Source of the DNA: Bacilli bacterium
Lineage (GTDB): Bacteria; Bacillota_I; Bacilli_A; RF39; UBA660
Length of the DNA: 64,000 nt
Direction: 5' to 3'
Assembly (NCBI GenBank): GCA_036653735.1
Contig: JAVVTI010000001.1
Coordinates: 8,881 to 72,880, forward strand
Under the pieces are notes generated by a model. The model was not told where the DNA came from and did no database searches. It was given only the letters and a program-made list of their open reading frames with translations. Positions 26,197 to 37,230 of the stretch are shown here, one piece after another (the stretch's first letter is position 1; each line of letters begins with the position of its first letter). A program made the position numbers and the translations under genes.

Positions 26197-27822
26197 TTGG
26201 AAGAAAAAGAAATAAATAAAATGTCAGAGCAAGAAGTTATTGATGTGGTATCAATGGCAAATAATATATATTCAAATTATACAAATGGTAATTTTTTTGG
26301 CTTATTTACTCCAGATTTATTAAACCAAAATTTGAACTCTTTAAATAATAATCCATCTATTCCAACTAAAATAACTTTGAATAATGCCCTAAAGAATTAT
26401 AAGTATCAAGCAAATGAACTAAAAGCATTTTCTGAATATGCGGAAGTTTATGATTCTTTGTTCGGTAAAATATTAAATTATTATGCAAATTTACTTTCTT
26501 TTGATTTACATATCACTTGCAAAAATGCTTATCTAGGTGAATTAGATTATCAAAGTGAAGAATTTAAAAAAGATAAAAAAATAGTATATAAATTTTTAGA
26601 TAATTTTAATGATAAAGATGAATTTTTAAAAGTAGTAAAGGAATTAATTAGGAGTGAAATTTATTATACATGGTTTAGAGATTCACAAGGAACATTTGAA
26701 AATACTGGTAATATTGAAATTGAATCCATTAAAAAACTATCTTCATACACTCTCCAAATTATGCCACAAGATAGATGTAAAGTAACAGGAATGTGGGAAA
26801 ATGGGTTATTATATGATTTTGATATGACATATTTTTTAATGGCTGGTGTTGATATAAATTCTTATGACCCATGTTTTAAAAAATATTTTGCAAATACTTT
26901 TGGCGATAATGTAACACCAAAATACAATCCGACTTCTAGCTTGAACAATAGAAATGGTACGTATGCTATGTGGACACAAACAAGTCCTGATGATTCTGCA
27001 TGGGCATTTAAGTTTGATATGTCAAATATGAATGCTGCCCCTTTTCTTTCTAGTATGATTAAACAAGTTTTATCAACTGATGAAGTTGCAAAATTACAAA
27101 TTGATTCAAATATGTTATCTGCTAGAGGTATTTTAGCTGGTCAAATTCCAATGTTGGATAAACAAAAAAGCGGACAAACAAAAAATGCTATGGCATGGGA
27201 AACAAAAACTTTGGAAAAATTCATGCGATTAGTAAAAATGGGATTAACAAATAATTTAAACGCTGTTGCAATGCCAACAGAAACAAATGATTTTTATCAA
27301 TTTGAAAACAAGAATCCTGATATGCTTGGCAAACAAATGAAGATTTTTAGTGGAAATGGTGTAAGCGCTAGTAGATTGATTTATAGTGAAGATAAAATGA
27401 GTGAAGCAGAAATTCAAAATGCAATTGTAACAGATTATAATTTAATGAAACGATTATATCCTCAATTTGAAAAGTTTTTAGGATTTTTTATTAATAAAAA
27501 AACTAGAAAATATAAATTTGATTTTCATTATGACGGTTGTACTTATCCATTCATGAGAGAAAAAGCAAATAAAGCCTTGTTTGATTTAGCTGATAGAGGT
27601 ATGGTATTAGATTCTAGTATATATTCAAAATGTGTTGATATGAAACCACAAGAATTTGATAGAGCATTAGAAGAAGGTAAATATAGTAAATGGACTGAAA
27701 ACTTATTATCTCAACTTTTAAGTATTCACACACAAAGTGGAAAAGAAGAAACTGTTGGTGCACCTAAGAAAGAGAGCAGTGATTTAAAAGAGAGTGGTAG
27801 TGTTGCTAGGGAATATGATTAA
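26197..27822 (+). CDS. Putative portal protein
   Basis: 541 aa, immediately after terL. Size and position typical of a portal. Confidence 0.45.
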   Translation: MEEKEINKMSEQEVIDVVSMANNIYSNYTNGNFFGLFTPDLLNQNLNSLNNNPSIPTKITLNNALKNYKYQANELKAFSEYAEVYDSLFGKILNYYANLLSFDLHITCKNAYLGELDYQSEEFKKDKKIVYKFLDNFNDKDEFLKVVKELIRSEIYYTWFRDSQGTFENTGNIEIESIKKLSSYTLQIMPQDRCKVTGMWENGLLYDFDMTYFLMAGVDINSYDPCFKKYFANTFGDNVTPKYNPTSSLNNRNGTYAMWTQTSPDDSAWAFKFDMSNMNAAPFLSSMIKQVLSTDEVAKLQIDSNMLSARGILAGQIPMLDKQKSGQTKNAMAWETKTLEKFMRLVKMGLTNNLNAVAMPTETNDFYQFENKNPDMLGKQMKIFSGNGVSASRLIYSEDKMSEAEIQNAIVTDYNLMKRLYPQFEKFLGFFINKKTRKYKFDFHYDGCTYPFMREKANKALFDLADRGMVLDSSIYSKCVDMKPQEFDRALEEGKYSKWTENLLSQLLSIHTQSGKEETVGAPKKESSDLKESGSVAREYD

Positions 27823-27848
27823 ATTATAGAGAGGGAGTGATTTATTAA

Positions 27849-28370
27849 ATGTTAATTAGTAACGAAACAAGCGAAGCATTAGACATTTTGTATAACCAAT
27901 ACTTCAACTTAAATTCATTATGTGATAATGCTGTTAGTTTTATGTTAAATAAATGGGCAATGGTGCAAGCAAATGATGTTATTCATCATAAATTATGTCA
28001 TTGGTATCCGTTGGGCGCTGATGAAATTTCTGAAATCAAAGATAATTATGATTTGAAGTCAATTCGTTCAGAACTACCAAAACATTCAGAAGAATATACT
28101 GATTTAAGGGAATTATTCGATAGAATTTACATTGAACATGAAAGAACTTATGAAATGATTAAAATGGTAAACAAAATAGCAATAGATAATAATGACTTAA
28201 ATGTACAGTATGCATTAGTTAAAGTGGTAAAGCATTTTAATATTATTATCGGGCAAATAATTACTCTTATGAATAAAGCATATCAAATGCCAACCGATTT
28301 TGATACATTTGATAGGCATATTTCAAGTTGGGGTATTATCGGTTTAGACAATTGCAAGGAGTGTGATTAA
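27849..28370 (+). CDS. Hypothetical head-morphogenesis-region protein
   Basis: 173 aa. Confidence 0.45.
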   Translation: MLISNETSEALDILYNQYFNLNSLCDNAVSFMLNKWAMVQANDVIHHKLCHWYPLGADEISEIKDNYDLKSIRSELPKHSEEYTDLRELFDRIYIEHERTYEMIKMVNKIAIDNNDLNVQYALVKVVKHFNIIIGQIITLMNKAYQMPTDFDTFDRHISSWGIIGLDNCKECD

Positions 28371-28541
28371 ATGGTAATTCGGGCAACTCCTAAAGATACC
28401 TCAAATTATGTAATAGCTGATTCTGAATTAGCTGATATACTACAACGAAATGGATTCCACCCAAAATACATGGATATGGAATATTTGTACTTTGTGAGAA
28501 CAATAGAAATTGAAAAATTCATGATGGGTGGTGAAAAATAA
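28371..28541 (+). CDS. Hypothetical small protein (56 aa, not in the ORF track)
   Basis: ATG overlaps the upstream stop (TAAATGG). Ends at TAA 28539-28541, just before the TTG start of the next gene. Confidence 0.3.
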   Translation: MVIRATPKDTSNYVIADSELADILQRNGFHPKYMDMEYLYFVRTIEIEKFMMGGEK

Positions 28542-30065
28542 TTGAAAGATGTTAAAAAATTTAGTATTGATATAATTAATGATATTCCTGACAACGAAGA
28601 TTTAGAATTTTCCATCGTTCGTATCAATGGTTTGTCTTGTGGTTATAATTCTCATGAGATGGAAATTTCAGAAGAGATTTTAAGAAGAGATGCTCAAAGT
28701 GTTTTAGGAAAGCCAATTGTTGTTAAATTAGAAAAAAACTGGATTGGGAAATTAGATGCTACTGACCATAATAAAGGTGAAATTGTTGTCGGATATGTTC
28801 CAAAAGATGCTGAAATTAGATTTGTAGAAAGTGATAACGGAATATTTTGGCAAGTTGATGGAGTAATATTCAAACTTTATAGCAATGGAATGATTGATGT
28901 ATTTCGTAGAGATGGGAAAAAATATGTGTCGGCTGAATTTACATGTACCTATGAAGATGAAGAAGAATCTATTATAAAATCCTATAATATTTGTGGCATA
29001 ACGATTTTAGGAAGTGGAATAAATCCATCTTGTATTGGTGCTGATGCTGAAATAATTAAATTTTCTGAAAAAAAAGCAGAAGAGTTCTATCATAAAAATA
29101 GCTCTATTATTGAATTGAGAAAGTTTGCCGAAATTTCAAAAGAGGGTAAAACATACAAAGTCAATAAAACAGAATTAAAAACAACTCCATGGAGTGAAAT
29201 TGATAAAACAAAATTAAGAAATACAATTATGAAAGCTAAGAATAAAGCAAAATTAGTAAAAGATGTATATGCATTAGTTGAGGAAGATTGGGAAGATAAA
29301 CCTAGCAAATCTTTAAAATATCCAATAATGCAATTAATTGACGATACTTTTTATTATAACGAAAATGGACTAAGTTCTGCTCTAGGTTATGCTAAGGCTG
29401 AAAATGAAACAGAAGTTATAAGTAAAGTTGAAAAAATATATAAAAGTTTGAACATAAATAGTGAGGAGGAAAGCAATAAAATGGTAGAAAACAAAGATTC
29501 AAAAATCAAAGAAGATAAGAATGAAACTCCAAAAGAAGAGATTGCTGAAAAAGATAAGCTCAAAAACGAAAAATTATCAGACGATGATGATGATGAAACT
29601 GGTGATAATGATGAGGAAGAACCCGAAGATGAAAAGAAAGAAAAATTATCGTCTGATGCAAATGTAGATTCAAGTGCTTATGCCGAAATGTTAGAGATTG
29701 AAGCAAAAAAGAACGAAGTATTAGCAAAACAGCTTGAAGATAAAGACAATGTGATTATGAAATATGAAACAGAATTGTCTAGTTTAAGAAAGTTTAAAGA
29801 CGATACCGAGGAAGAATTAAAAATGGCAGAAGTTACTAGTATGTTGTCAAAGGCAAAAGGTAAAATGGAAGAATCTGAATATGCTAAATGTGAAAAAGAG
29901 GGAAAAGAATGTAAATTTTCTAAGATTGATGCATGGAAGAATATGGTTTTTGCAAAAATTGGACAGACAACTCTAAAATTCAGTTCAAATGAATCAAAAG
30001 AAACTCATATGAGAATGAACTTATTCCAAGATGAATCAAAAGATAATGAAAGTCTTTGGAATTAA
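28542..30065 (+). CDS. Putative prohead protease - scaffold fusion: S78 / HK97-like N-domain, acidic coiled-coil C-domain
   Basis: N-terminal DATDHNKGEIVVGY ... ITILGSGINPS resembles prohead protease motifs. C-terminal 200 aa is strongly acidic and coiled-coil (DDDDDETGDNDEEEPEDE). Confidence 0.4.
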   Translation: MKDVKKFSIDIINDIPDNEDLEFSIVRINGLSCGYNSHEMEISEEILRRDAQSVLGKPIVVKLEKNWIGKLDATDHNKGEIVVGYVPKDAEIRFVESDNGIFWQVDGVIFKLYSNGMIDVFRRDGKKYVSAEFTCTYEDEEESIIKSYNICGITILGSGINPSCIGADAEIIKFSEKKAEEFYHKNSSIIELRKFAEISKEGKTYKVNKTELKTTPWSEIDKTKLRNTIMKAKNKAKLVKDVYALVEEDWEDKPSKSLKYPIMQLIDDTFYYNENGLSSALGYAKAENETEVISKVEKIYKSLNINSEEESNKMVENKDSKIKEDKNETPKEEIAEKDKLKNEKLSDDDDDETGDNDEEEPEDEKKEKLSSDANVDSSAYAEMLEIEAKKNEVLAKQLEDKDNVIMKYETELSSLRKFKDDTEEELKMAEVTSMLSKAKGKMEESEYAKCEKEGKECKFSKIDAWKNMVFAKIGQTTLKFSSNESKETHMRMNLFQDESKDNESLWN

Positions 30066-30099
30066 TAATAATAAAAAATAAAAGGAGATGTAAAAAATT

Positions 30100-30639
30100 A
30101 TGGCAAATACAGTAATGATTACAACAAGATGCGCAAATGAAAATGTAGATTCTTACAATAGAAAGGCAAAATCAGTAACTGATGTAATGAACGGAGCACC
30201 ATTAACACTAACTTTCCCAAAAATCAGAGGAGATGAGGTTTTTACTGCAACCACTGCCGCCGCTGGTGCTAAAAACGTGTACTTAGCTTATTCACCAGAA
30301 GTGAATAAATTAGTAGTTGGACAAGTATGGGGTGGGGAAGACCCAAGAAATTTCACAAATTTGAAAGAAATTCCGTTTGATTGCTTTAAGCCACAAGTAG
30401 GAGATATTATTCAAGTAAGCAAAGAGTTCTTTATTAGTGCTAAAGACCCTGATACCGTAACAAATTCTACAGTTGTTGAGTTAGTTTCGGGAGGATTTGA
30501 AAGCAAAGTATCTGCTACGGCTAGTTATGGTGGTATTAGCTTTAATATTGGAAGAAAAGAACCAATTGTAATTGCAAGTAAAAATGTTCTTACAAATGAA
30601 CAAAATGACGCTTATTTACTTGAATGTACTCAAAACTAA
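30100..30639 (+). CDS. Hypothetical head protein (decoration?)
   Basis: 179 aa between the protease-scaffold and the capsid gene. Confidence 0.35.
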   Translation: MANTVMITTRCANENVDSYNRKAKSVTDVMNGAPLTLTFPKIRGDEVFTATTAAAGAKNVYLAYSPEVNKLVVGQVWGGEDPRNFTNLKEIPFDCFKPQVGDIIQVSKEFFISAKDPDTVTNSTVVELVSGGFESKVSATASYGGISFNIGRKEPIVIASKNVLTNEQNDAYLLECTQN

Positions 30640-30660
30640 TTAGAAAAGGAGAGAATAAAA

Positions 30661-31755
30661 ATGATAAAATTACCTATGAACGTAATTAATTTTTCGGGTG
30701 GGGAGACAAAACCATACGAACAAATGAAAGATTACTTTTTTCACTATATGAGTGAAGTTGCTAATAAAAATTTAGGAACTTATGAAAAGGGAGTATCTCT
30801 TTCTACCAAAGAGGACAATATGAATACTGTTTTATTGTCTGAAATTAACAGAATTTCTGGACAAACTATGCCAGAGGGAGTATCTTTTGAAGCATGGTCT
30901 AAAAATCCAATGATTGTATGGGCATCTTTTCAGACCGTAGGAATGATGATTGACGCAATTTTGCCAGAAACAATTATTCGGTCTATTGGAATTTATACTG
31001 ATTTAAAACCAGTAGATTATGGCGAAACCGCTACATTTGATATTATGCCGAACTCTTTATTTACAGTTTCAAAATCCTCTAATGCACAGAGAACTGCATT
31101 TAGACAGAAACAATTTAAGACTTCTGCAACTCTTACACCAGAAAATCATGCTATGACGGTTATGGTTTCTTTGTATAAAGTATTGAGTAAAAAGGAATCT
31201 TTAGCTGAATTTGTAAGAAAAGCCGTAATCAGTATGGAAACAGAAATGACAAAAGATGCTTATGGTGCTTTGACCACTCTTGTTTCAAACGCATCTTTCC
31301 CTAAAGAACTACAGAAAACTGGATATACACAAGATGCTTTATTGAATCTTTGCGAAATCACAACTTCGTATAATCAAGGTCAAAAAGCAACTATTGTTGG
31401 AACAACAACTGCTGTAAGTAAGGTTCTACCGTCTGCAGCAAATGGCTATAGAATTGTTACTCAATCTGAAAATATGGGCATTCAGCTAATCAAGAATTTC
31501 TTTGATTATGATATCCTTGTATTACCACAGGTTGCAACAGGTATTAATTATGGTCTAGCACTTGATGATACTAAACTTTATACTATTTCTACCTCTACGG
31601 ATAAAATTATTAAGGGCGCATTAGAGGGCAATTCTATTACAAATACTAATGATTTCTATGATAATGCTGATTTAACATCTAACGCAACAATTAACAAGAG
31701 ATGGAAATTTGAAGCAATTAGTAACTCTAAAATGGGTGTCATGAAATTACAGTAA
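30661..31755 (+). CDS. Putative major capsid protein
   Basis: 364 aa, strong RBS, followed by a stable stem-loop. Position after protease-scaffold. Confidence 0.5.
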   Translation: MIKLPMNVINFSGGETKPYEQMKDYFFHYMSEVANKNLGTYEKGVSLSTKEDNMNTVLLSEINRISGQTMPEGVSFEAWSKNPMIVWASFQTVGMMIDAILPETIIRSIGIYTDLKPVDYGETATFDIMPNSLFTVSKSSNAQRTAFRQKQFKTSATLTPENHAMTVMVSLYKVLSKKESLAEFVRKAVISMETEMTKDAYGALTTLVSNASFPKELQKTGYTQDALLNLCEITTSYNQGQKATIVGTTTAVSKVLPSAANGYRIVTQSENMGIQLIKNFFDYDILVLPQVATGINYGLALDDTKLYTISTSTDKIIKGALEGNSITNTNDFYDNADLTSNATINKRWKFEAISNSKMGVMKLQ

Positions 31756-31765
31756 GTTACTTTTT

Positions 31766-31792
31766 CAGGGGAATCTAAAAAGGTTTCCCCTG
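31766..31792 (+). terminator. Stem-loop, CAGGGGAA - 11 nt - TTCCCCTG, after the capsid gene (no clear U-tract)
   Basis: 8-bp GC-rich stem read directly. Could be a terminator or RNA-stability element. Confidence 0.4.
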
Positions 31793-31825
31793 ATTACATA
31801 AATTGAAAGGAATCTAAAATAAAAA

Positions 31826-32464
31826 ATGGAAGAAACAGTAAAAACAGTAAAAACAAAGAAAACCGTACCAAAAGAAAAAGAAGTTGCAAAAACAGATGAC
31901 CTCAATAGTGATAAGATTAAAAAATTGGAAAAGCAACTTGCCGATTTGATGACACAACTCTCTCAACCAAATGTTGAACCATCAAAAATTGAAAAGCATA
32001 ATTCAGACGATGAAATTACTATTATTAGTCAGTGTTTAGGAGAGTTGAATTTAATTTTTGGTGATATTAAATCTCCTAATAACGACCACATTACATTGGA
32101 AAATTTTGGTGATATGGAGGTTATTTCTTTCGCTGAATTAAAAGATATTGTAAAATATAATAAGTCTTTTGTAGAAAAAGGATATTTTTATATTGTAGAT
32201 GAATTGGCAGTAAAACAGTTAAGGCTTGAAAGATATTATAATAGATTGTTGAGTGTAGAAGATATGTCAAATTTATTTAACAATGACGCAAAATCAACTA
32301 TTGAACTTTATAAATTAGCAAATGATGGACAAAAAGAAATTATTATTGACCTTATTTCAAATAGGATTTTAAACAAAGAAAAACTAGACGCAAATGTATT
32401 GGTTGAATTAGGGAAATTAAGTGGAAAAGACTTAATGAAAATGATTGAAGATTATTCAGAATAA
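31826..32464 (+). CDS. Hypothetical structural protein
   Basis: 212 aa with a Lys-rich N-terminus. Confidence 0.4.
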   Translation: MEETVKTVKTKKTVPKEKEVAKTDDLNSDKIKKLEKQLADLMTQLSQPNVEPSKIEKHNSDDEITIISQCLGELNLIFGDIKSPNNDHITLENFGDMEVISFAELKDIVKYNKSFVEKGYFYIVDELAVKQLRLERYYNRLLSVEDMSNLFNNDAKSTIELYKLANDGQKEIIIDLISNRILNKEKLDANVLVELGKLSGKDLMKMIEDYSE

Positions 32465-32530
32465 TACTTAAAGGGTTTAGTTCAAAATTCTCGTGTCTTT
32501 AGTTATACGAGGTTAATAGGAGGGGAAATA

Positions 32531-33004
32531 GTGGGAACTGATTTTGAAGAAATATATAATCTTGCTTTAATTACAATTCGTGATTATAAGATTGATAAGT
32601 GGGCGACTACGGATTATAACATATTTTTAAATCATATGCAAGGAATTTTAATTCGTTCAATCCCAAGATTTACAGGATGTTTGAAAAGTTTGAACTATAA
32701 ATTAGATGTTGTGGTAGTTATAGAGGGCATTCCCACTATTAAATCTTTTTTTGACAATGAACTAACAAATTTAGAAAAATCAATTTTGGCTGATTCAATG
32801 GTCAATACGTGGTTTTTTGCTGATATCAATGATATTACAGAAATAAATTTAAGTTTACAAGGCAGGGATAAAAAAACTCATAGTGAAAGTTCAAATTTAA
32901 AAGAAAAATCAGAATATTATGATAGATTGAATGAAAGACTTTCACAGAGTATCAATGATTACCAATTAGAGGGGGATAATTTTGATGTTATCTTTGGCAT
33001 CTAA
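32531..33004 (+). CDS. Hypothetical structural protein (head-tail connector region)
   Basis: 157 aa. Confidence 0.4.
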   Translation: MGTDFEEIYNLALITIRDYKIDKWATTDYNIFLNHMQGILIRSIPRFTGCLKSLNYKLDVVVVIEGIPTIKSFFDNELTNLEKSILADSMVNTWFFADINDITEINLSLQGRDKKTHSESSNLKEKSEYYDRLNERLSQSINDYQLEGDNFDVIFGI

Positions 33005-33021
33005 TTATTTTTGGTGAATAT

Positions 33022-34269
33022 ATGAATTGGTATAAAAATTACTTAGGACATTTTGCTCAAACTCCTGATGAAAAATATCGTGATGGAACACAAGCTTTTA
33101 TTGATTCTACTTGGGAAGATACTACGCTGATAAAAAATATAGAGGAAGAAACTTTTATAGGTTCTAATATGTATGTATCATTGCAAGTTCTTAAAAACAG
33201 TATTAGTGAATTTTTTGTAAATACTACAAAAGATGCAAAAGATTTTAGGAGAATTATGTTTAAAGAAGTTTATCATAAAAGTGGTAGAGGAATAAAATAT
33301 AGATTTGATAATAATTATTGGTTAGTTTATGAAGAAACCACTGAGGAAGAGCCTTATCCTGAAATCAGTGTGAGGAGATGTAACAATATTGCAAAATGGA
33401 TTGATAAAAAAAATGGGAATATTATTGAAGAACCTTGTATTTTAGATTATACTTTATCAAGTCCCAATGTTCAAGTCACAAAAGATGTAAGTGTAGCTAA
33501 TTCTAAAGTCACATTGATATTACAGGGAAATGAAAATACACATAAGTTAAGGAAAAATCAGAGATTTATTTTTAATGGTGTACCGTATTCTTTTAAATCA
33601 TACAATAATTATATGCAAAATGATTATGTAACAAAAAATGTTCCTTTATTATTTTTAGATTGTTATTTAGACACAGAACAACCTAGTGATGATTTAATAG
33701 ACAATATTGCAAATCGGTTTGATTACAAATATTCTATTTTAATCAATCAAGGAAATATTGAACAAATAACCGGATTTAAAGGAAAACTAACAAGCACTGT
33801 ATTATTTAATGGAGAAATTGTTAAGGAGATAGGTATTAAATGGTCTACAAGTGATTCTAAGACAGTTAGTATAGATAGTCAGGGGAATTATCACCTATTA
33901 GGTTTAAGTGGTTCTATAGCTGTATTAAGAGCCTATATAGACGGCAATGAAAATGTATTCAGTGAAATAACAGTAAACATAATTGAAACGGTAATTGCCG
34001 ATAAAATTTTAATTATCACTCCTAAAATTACAGAATTATTACAGTATGAAACGATTACAATTAATGGTGATATATATAGTAATGGAATAAAAGAACCCGA
34101 TATTGTTACTTGTACCGCAAATTGGGAAAATAATAATTACACTCTAACTCTTATTGATAAAAATGAATGGGATTTAACTAATAACAATATGACAAAATTG
34201 CCACTAGAACTAACTTTTACCAATGGTGTATTGATTGAAAAAATGACAATTAAATTAAAATCAGCATAA
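33022..34269 (+). CDS. Structural protein with a bacterial Ig-like (Big_2-like) domain
   Basis: SIDSQGNYHLLGLSGSIAVLRAYIDGNENVFSEITVNIIE is Ig-like. Confidence 0.4.
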   Translation: MNWYKNYLGHFAQTPDEKYRDGTQAFIDSTWEDTTLIKNIEEETFIGSNMYVSLQVLKNSISEFFVNTTKDAKDFRRIMFKEVYHKSGRGIKYRFDNNYWLVYEETTEEEPYPEISVRRCNNIAKWIDKKNGNIIEEPCILDYTLSSPNVQVTKDVSVANSKVTLILQGNENTHKLRKNQRFIFNGVPYSFKSYNNYMQNDYVTKNVPLLFLDCYLDTEQPSDDLIDNIANRFDYKYSILINQGNIEQITGFKGKLTSTVLFNGEIVKEIGIKWSTSDSKTVSIDSQGNYHLLGLSGSIAVLRAYIDGNENVFSEITVNIIETVIADKILIITPKITELLQYETITINGDIYSNGIKEPDIVTCTANWENNNYTLTLIDKNEWDLTNNNMTKLPLELTFTNGVLIEKMTIKLKSA

Positions 34270-34278
34270 GGAGATTAT

Positions 34279-34860
34279 ATGGGAAGAATGATAGCAAATG
34301 ATTTTACAAATACACCATATGTTCCTTATAATATTTTTATTTATTTATTAGAAAACAATGAAAACATATGGAAAATATTAAAATATAATACAGTAGACTG
34401 TTTGTCTAAGCCTAATTTAACAAAACGAGAAAAATCAAAATTGTTATGGAGAGGAGAAGCACAAGAAACAGATTATAAAGTATTTTTAAAACCTTTAGTT
34501 GGTGATGAAATGATTGCAGATACAACACAAATGAGAATAAATAAAGTAGAAATGAATCCTACTAATTTATATTTATCAATTAATACTTACGAGTTTATGT
34601 TTTTAATTGGCAAAAGTATTGCGATGATAGAATATAATGATATCCCTTGTCCTCGTATTGATGTATTAGAAACAGAAATATTAAAAACATTAAACGGTGT
34701 TTATGAAATTGGAACAGCTGGTACATTTCAATTTAATAATGAAATGTCAAGGAATTGTCGAGCAAGATTAAATATTAATAATGGCAAGAATTACTTTGGC
34801 GGAGTTTTATATTTAAGTGGTAAATGGGGAAATTTGAATTGGAGAGAAGAATGTGGATAA
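34279..34860 (+). CDS. Hypothetical structural protein
   Basis: 193 aa. Confidence 0.4.
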   Translation: MGRMIANDFTNTPYVPYNIFIYLLENNENIWKILKYNTVDCLSKPNLTKREKSKLLWRGEAQETDYKVFLKPLVGDEMIADTTQMRINKVEMNPTNLYLSINTYEFMFLIGKSIAMIEYNDIPCPRIDVLETEILKTLNGVYEIGTAGTFQFNNEMSRNCRARLNINNGKNYFGGVLYLSGKWGNLNWREECG

Positions 34861-35632
34861 AAAAGAAATAAAATTATATGAGTTATCATATTTTCAGAAT
34901 GGATATGATGTTCCATACTCTTTAACAAAAGGAGGAAATATTTTAATTAAACCAATTTTAGTTAAAGACTATCCTGTATATGAATTTTCCCATACCGTTC
35001 TAAACATAAAAAAAAATGATACTGATAATATTGAAATAATTCAAATGTCTTATTTAGAATTTTTAATAAATGAAATCTTAAATGGAAAAGAAGATTATTC
35101 AATTCAACTTTCAACTATATTTGATTTGTGTTTAGACGAAAAAAAAATAAAAATAGGAATGGACAAAGGAAAAAAATGTTTAATAATCTGTGATGAAAAA
35201 GATAATATAAAAATGGTTATTCATAAAAAAGAATTTGATGATATTAGAAAAATTATTCTATACCAAAATGATATAAAATATGATGATAGAGAAATATCTT
35301 CTGAAATAATTAAAATAACAAATGAATATTATTCAATTAAATATAAAAATACAGAAATACCATCATTAGAAAAAAGAAAAGCCTTTGTTTCTAGCAAAAC
35401 AGGCATATCTCTTAAAGAAATAAATGATATGAATTATCGGTTCTTTGATTTAGTGTATGATTCTAGTGTTAACAGTGAATTGTATTTTGCTCAAAAAATA
35501 ATTCAAGCTAGTCCAAAATATGACATTGGAAAAGATGTTAGTTACCCTTTATATACAAAAGAAAGGGATAAATATGAAGTAGCCTTCATAGATGAAAGTA
35601 CTTATAAAGGTAAAGTAAGTACTATAAATTAA
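34853..35632 (+). CDS. Hypothetical structural protein
   Basis: 259 aa, overlaps the previous stop. Confidence 0.4.
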   Translation: MDKKEIKLYELSYFQNGYDVPYSLTKGGNILIKPILVKDYPVYEFSHTVLNIKKNDTDNIEIIQMSYLEFLINEILNGKEDYSIQLSTIFDLCLDEKKIKIGMDKGKKCLIICDEKDNIKMVIHKKEFDDIRKIILYQNDIKYDDREISSEIIKITNEYYSIKYKNTEIPSLEKRKAFVSSKTGISLKEINDMNYRFFDLVYDSSVNSELYFAQKIIQASPKYDIGKDVSYPLYTKERDKYEVAFIDESTYKGKVSTIN

Positions 35633-35707
35633 CATATAAAAGTGTAAAAATTTAAGCAGAAACAGAACAAAAATAACCGTAAATAACAAAAAATGGAGGA
35701 ATAAAAT

Positions 35708-36769
35708 ATGTCAAAAAGAGTTCTAGCAGGTGTTGCCCCAGTAGAGTTTTACGACCCTTCTGATATGTCTTATATAGCGTCAAGTAATACGCTTACAGAT
35801 GAAGGATTACAAACAGCTTCGGAGGAAGATAGAATAGCAGGTGGGCCAGCTAATCAATTAATTTCAAAATATTATTTTAATTCTAGTTTGAAATTAAAAA
35901 TAATTGACCCTTTGTTTTCATTAGAATATTTAGCTATGAAACTAGGTCAACAAATCACAATGGGTTCTGATATTGAATATGGTGAAACGATTATAACAAC
36001 TGTAGCAAATCAAATCACTGTAACAAATATACCAGTGGCTTTTCCTTCGACAAACTTAGTAGTAGGCGCTTATAAAAAAGTGTCTGATAAATCAGATTCT
36101 TATGTGACAGTTGCTTTCAATGGTAAGGTAGCACAGGTTTCAAATCTTCCAGTTGGTTCAGAAATTTGTGTTAAATATTTTAGAACAGAGGAGAGTGCAA
36201 GAAGTTTTAAAATTTCTTCAAATATTATACCAAGTATTGTATATGCTGTTATAAAAATTCCACAATTTAATGCGGGGACAGAAGAAAGTTCTTTTACATC
36301 AAGTTCACAAGTTGGAACTTTGCAAACAATCATTCCACAGTTCATGTTTGACCCAAATATGGAATTAGCTGTAACATCTAGTGGACATGCAACAACAGAT
36401 TTATCTGGTGAAGCTCTAGTTAATTATTCTAGTGACTGTGATGGTGGTGGCTATTATGCAATTCTTTCAGAAACAACTGTTGGTGGAAAGGAATTTGAAT
36501 CAGTAAAATCAATTATTATTGAAGATAGTGATATCCAACTAACCGTAAATGACACACAAAAAATGTCTGTATTCGCTTTTTATGGTGGTCTGACAAAAGC
36601 AAAATATATTGATAATTCAAAATTAACGTTTGTATCTAAAACAGCGTCAACAGCTACGATAAGTGCACAAGGTGTTATAACAGCAATAGCGAAGGGGTCT
36701 AGTATTATTGAAGTATCTGTAACAGATAAACCTGCTTTAATTGCAAAATGTGAAGTAGTAGTATCTTAA
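35708..36769 (+). CDS. Putative major tail protein with a C-terminal Big_2 Ig-like domain
   Basis: C-terminal ISAQGVITAIAKGSSIIEVSVTDKPALIAKCEVVV is Big_2-like. A strong intrinsic terminator follows, suggesting high expression. Confidence 0.45.
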   Translation: MSKRVLAGVAPVEFYDPSDMSYIASSNTLTDEGLQTASEEDRIAGGPANQLISKYYFNSSLKLKIIDPLFSLEYLAMKLGQQITMGSDIEYGETIITTVANQITVTNIPVAFPSTNLVVGAYKKVSDKSDSYVTVAFNGKVAQVSNLPVGSEICVKYFRTEESARSFKISSNIIPSIVYAVIKIPQFNAGTEESSFTSSSQVGTLQTIIPQFMFDPNMELAVTSSGHATTDLSGEALVNYSSDCDGGGYYAILSETTVGGKEFESVKSIIIEDSDIQLTVNDTQKMSVFAFYGGLTKAKYIDNSKLTFVSKTASTATISAQGVITAIAKGSSIIEVSVTDKPALIAKCEVVVS

Positions 36770-36782
36770 TATAGCGTTTTAA

Positions 36783-36812
36783 AAAATGGGAGTTTAATTC
36801 TCCCATTTTTTT
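36783..36812 (+). terminator. Rho-independent terminator, AAAATGGGAG-tttaatt-CTCCCATTTTTTT
   Basis: 10-bp stem plus a T-run. Confidence 0.7.
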
Positions 36813-36825
36813 ACATACTAAAATT

Positions 36826-37230
36826 ATGAGAAAGGTGTCTATGGGAAATTGTAAATTTTCATATACTAAAAAAGAGGTAATTACGAAAAGAGAATATTTA
36901 TATTGCTCAAAAAATGACAAAATTTGTCCTTATGTAAGATTTTGTAATGATTTGAACAAAATTGTAAATGTTAATAATTATAAAATTTGTAAAGACTTTA
37001 ATATAATGGATATTCCATTAGGTAAAAATAAAGTAAGGTTTATAAAAAATGAAAAATTGATTGTAGAATTATATGACAAAACAGGAAATGTATTATCGTG
37101 TGTTGAAGTTGATAATCCATTTAATAAATTTATCAAATATGTTGAATTAATTGAGTTGAACGGTATATATTATGTAAAAGGATATGAACCAAAAGTTTCT
37201 ATTAAAAAAAAGAGAGGAGTAATTGAATAA
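36826..37230 (+). CDS. Hypothetical protein
   Basis: 134 aa, Cys-containing N-terminus. Confidence 0.4.
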   Translation: MRKVSMGNCKFSYTKKEVITKREYLYCSKNDKICPYVRFCNDLNKIVNVNNYKICKDFNIMDIPLGKNKVRFIKNEKLIVELYDKTGNVLSCVEVDNPFNKFIKYVELIELNGIYYVKGYEPKVSIKKKRGVIE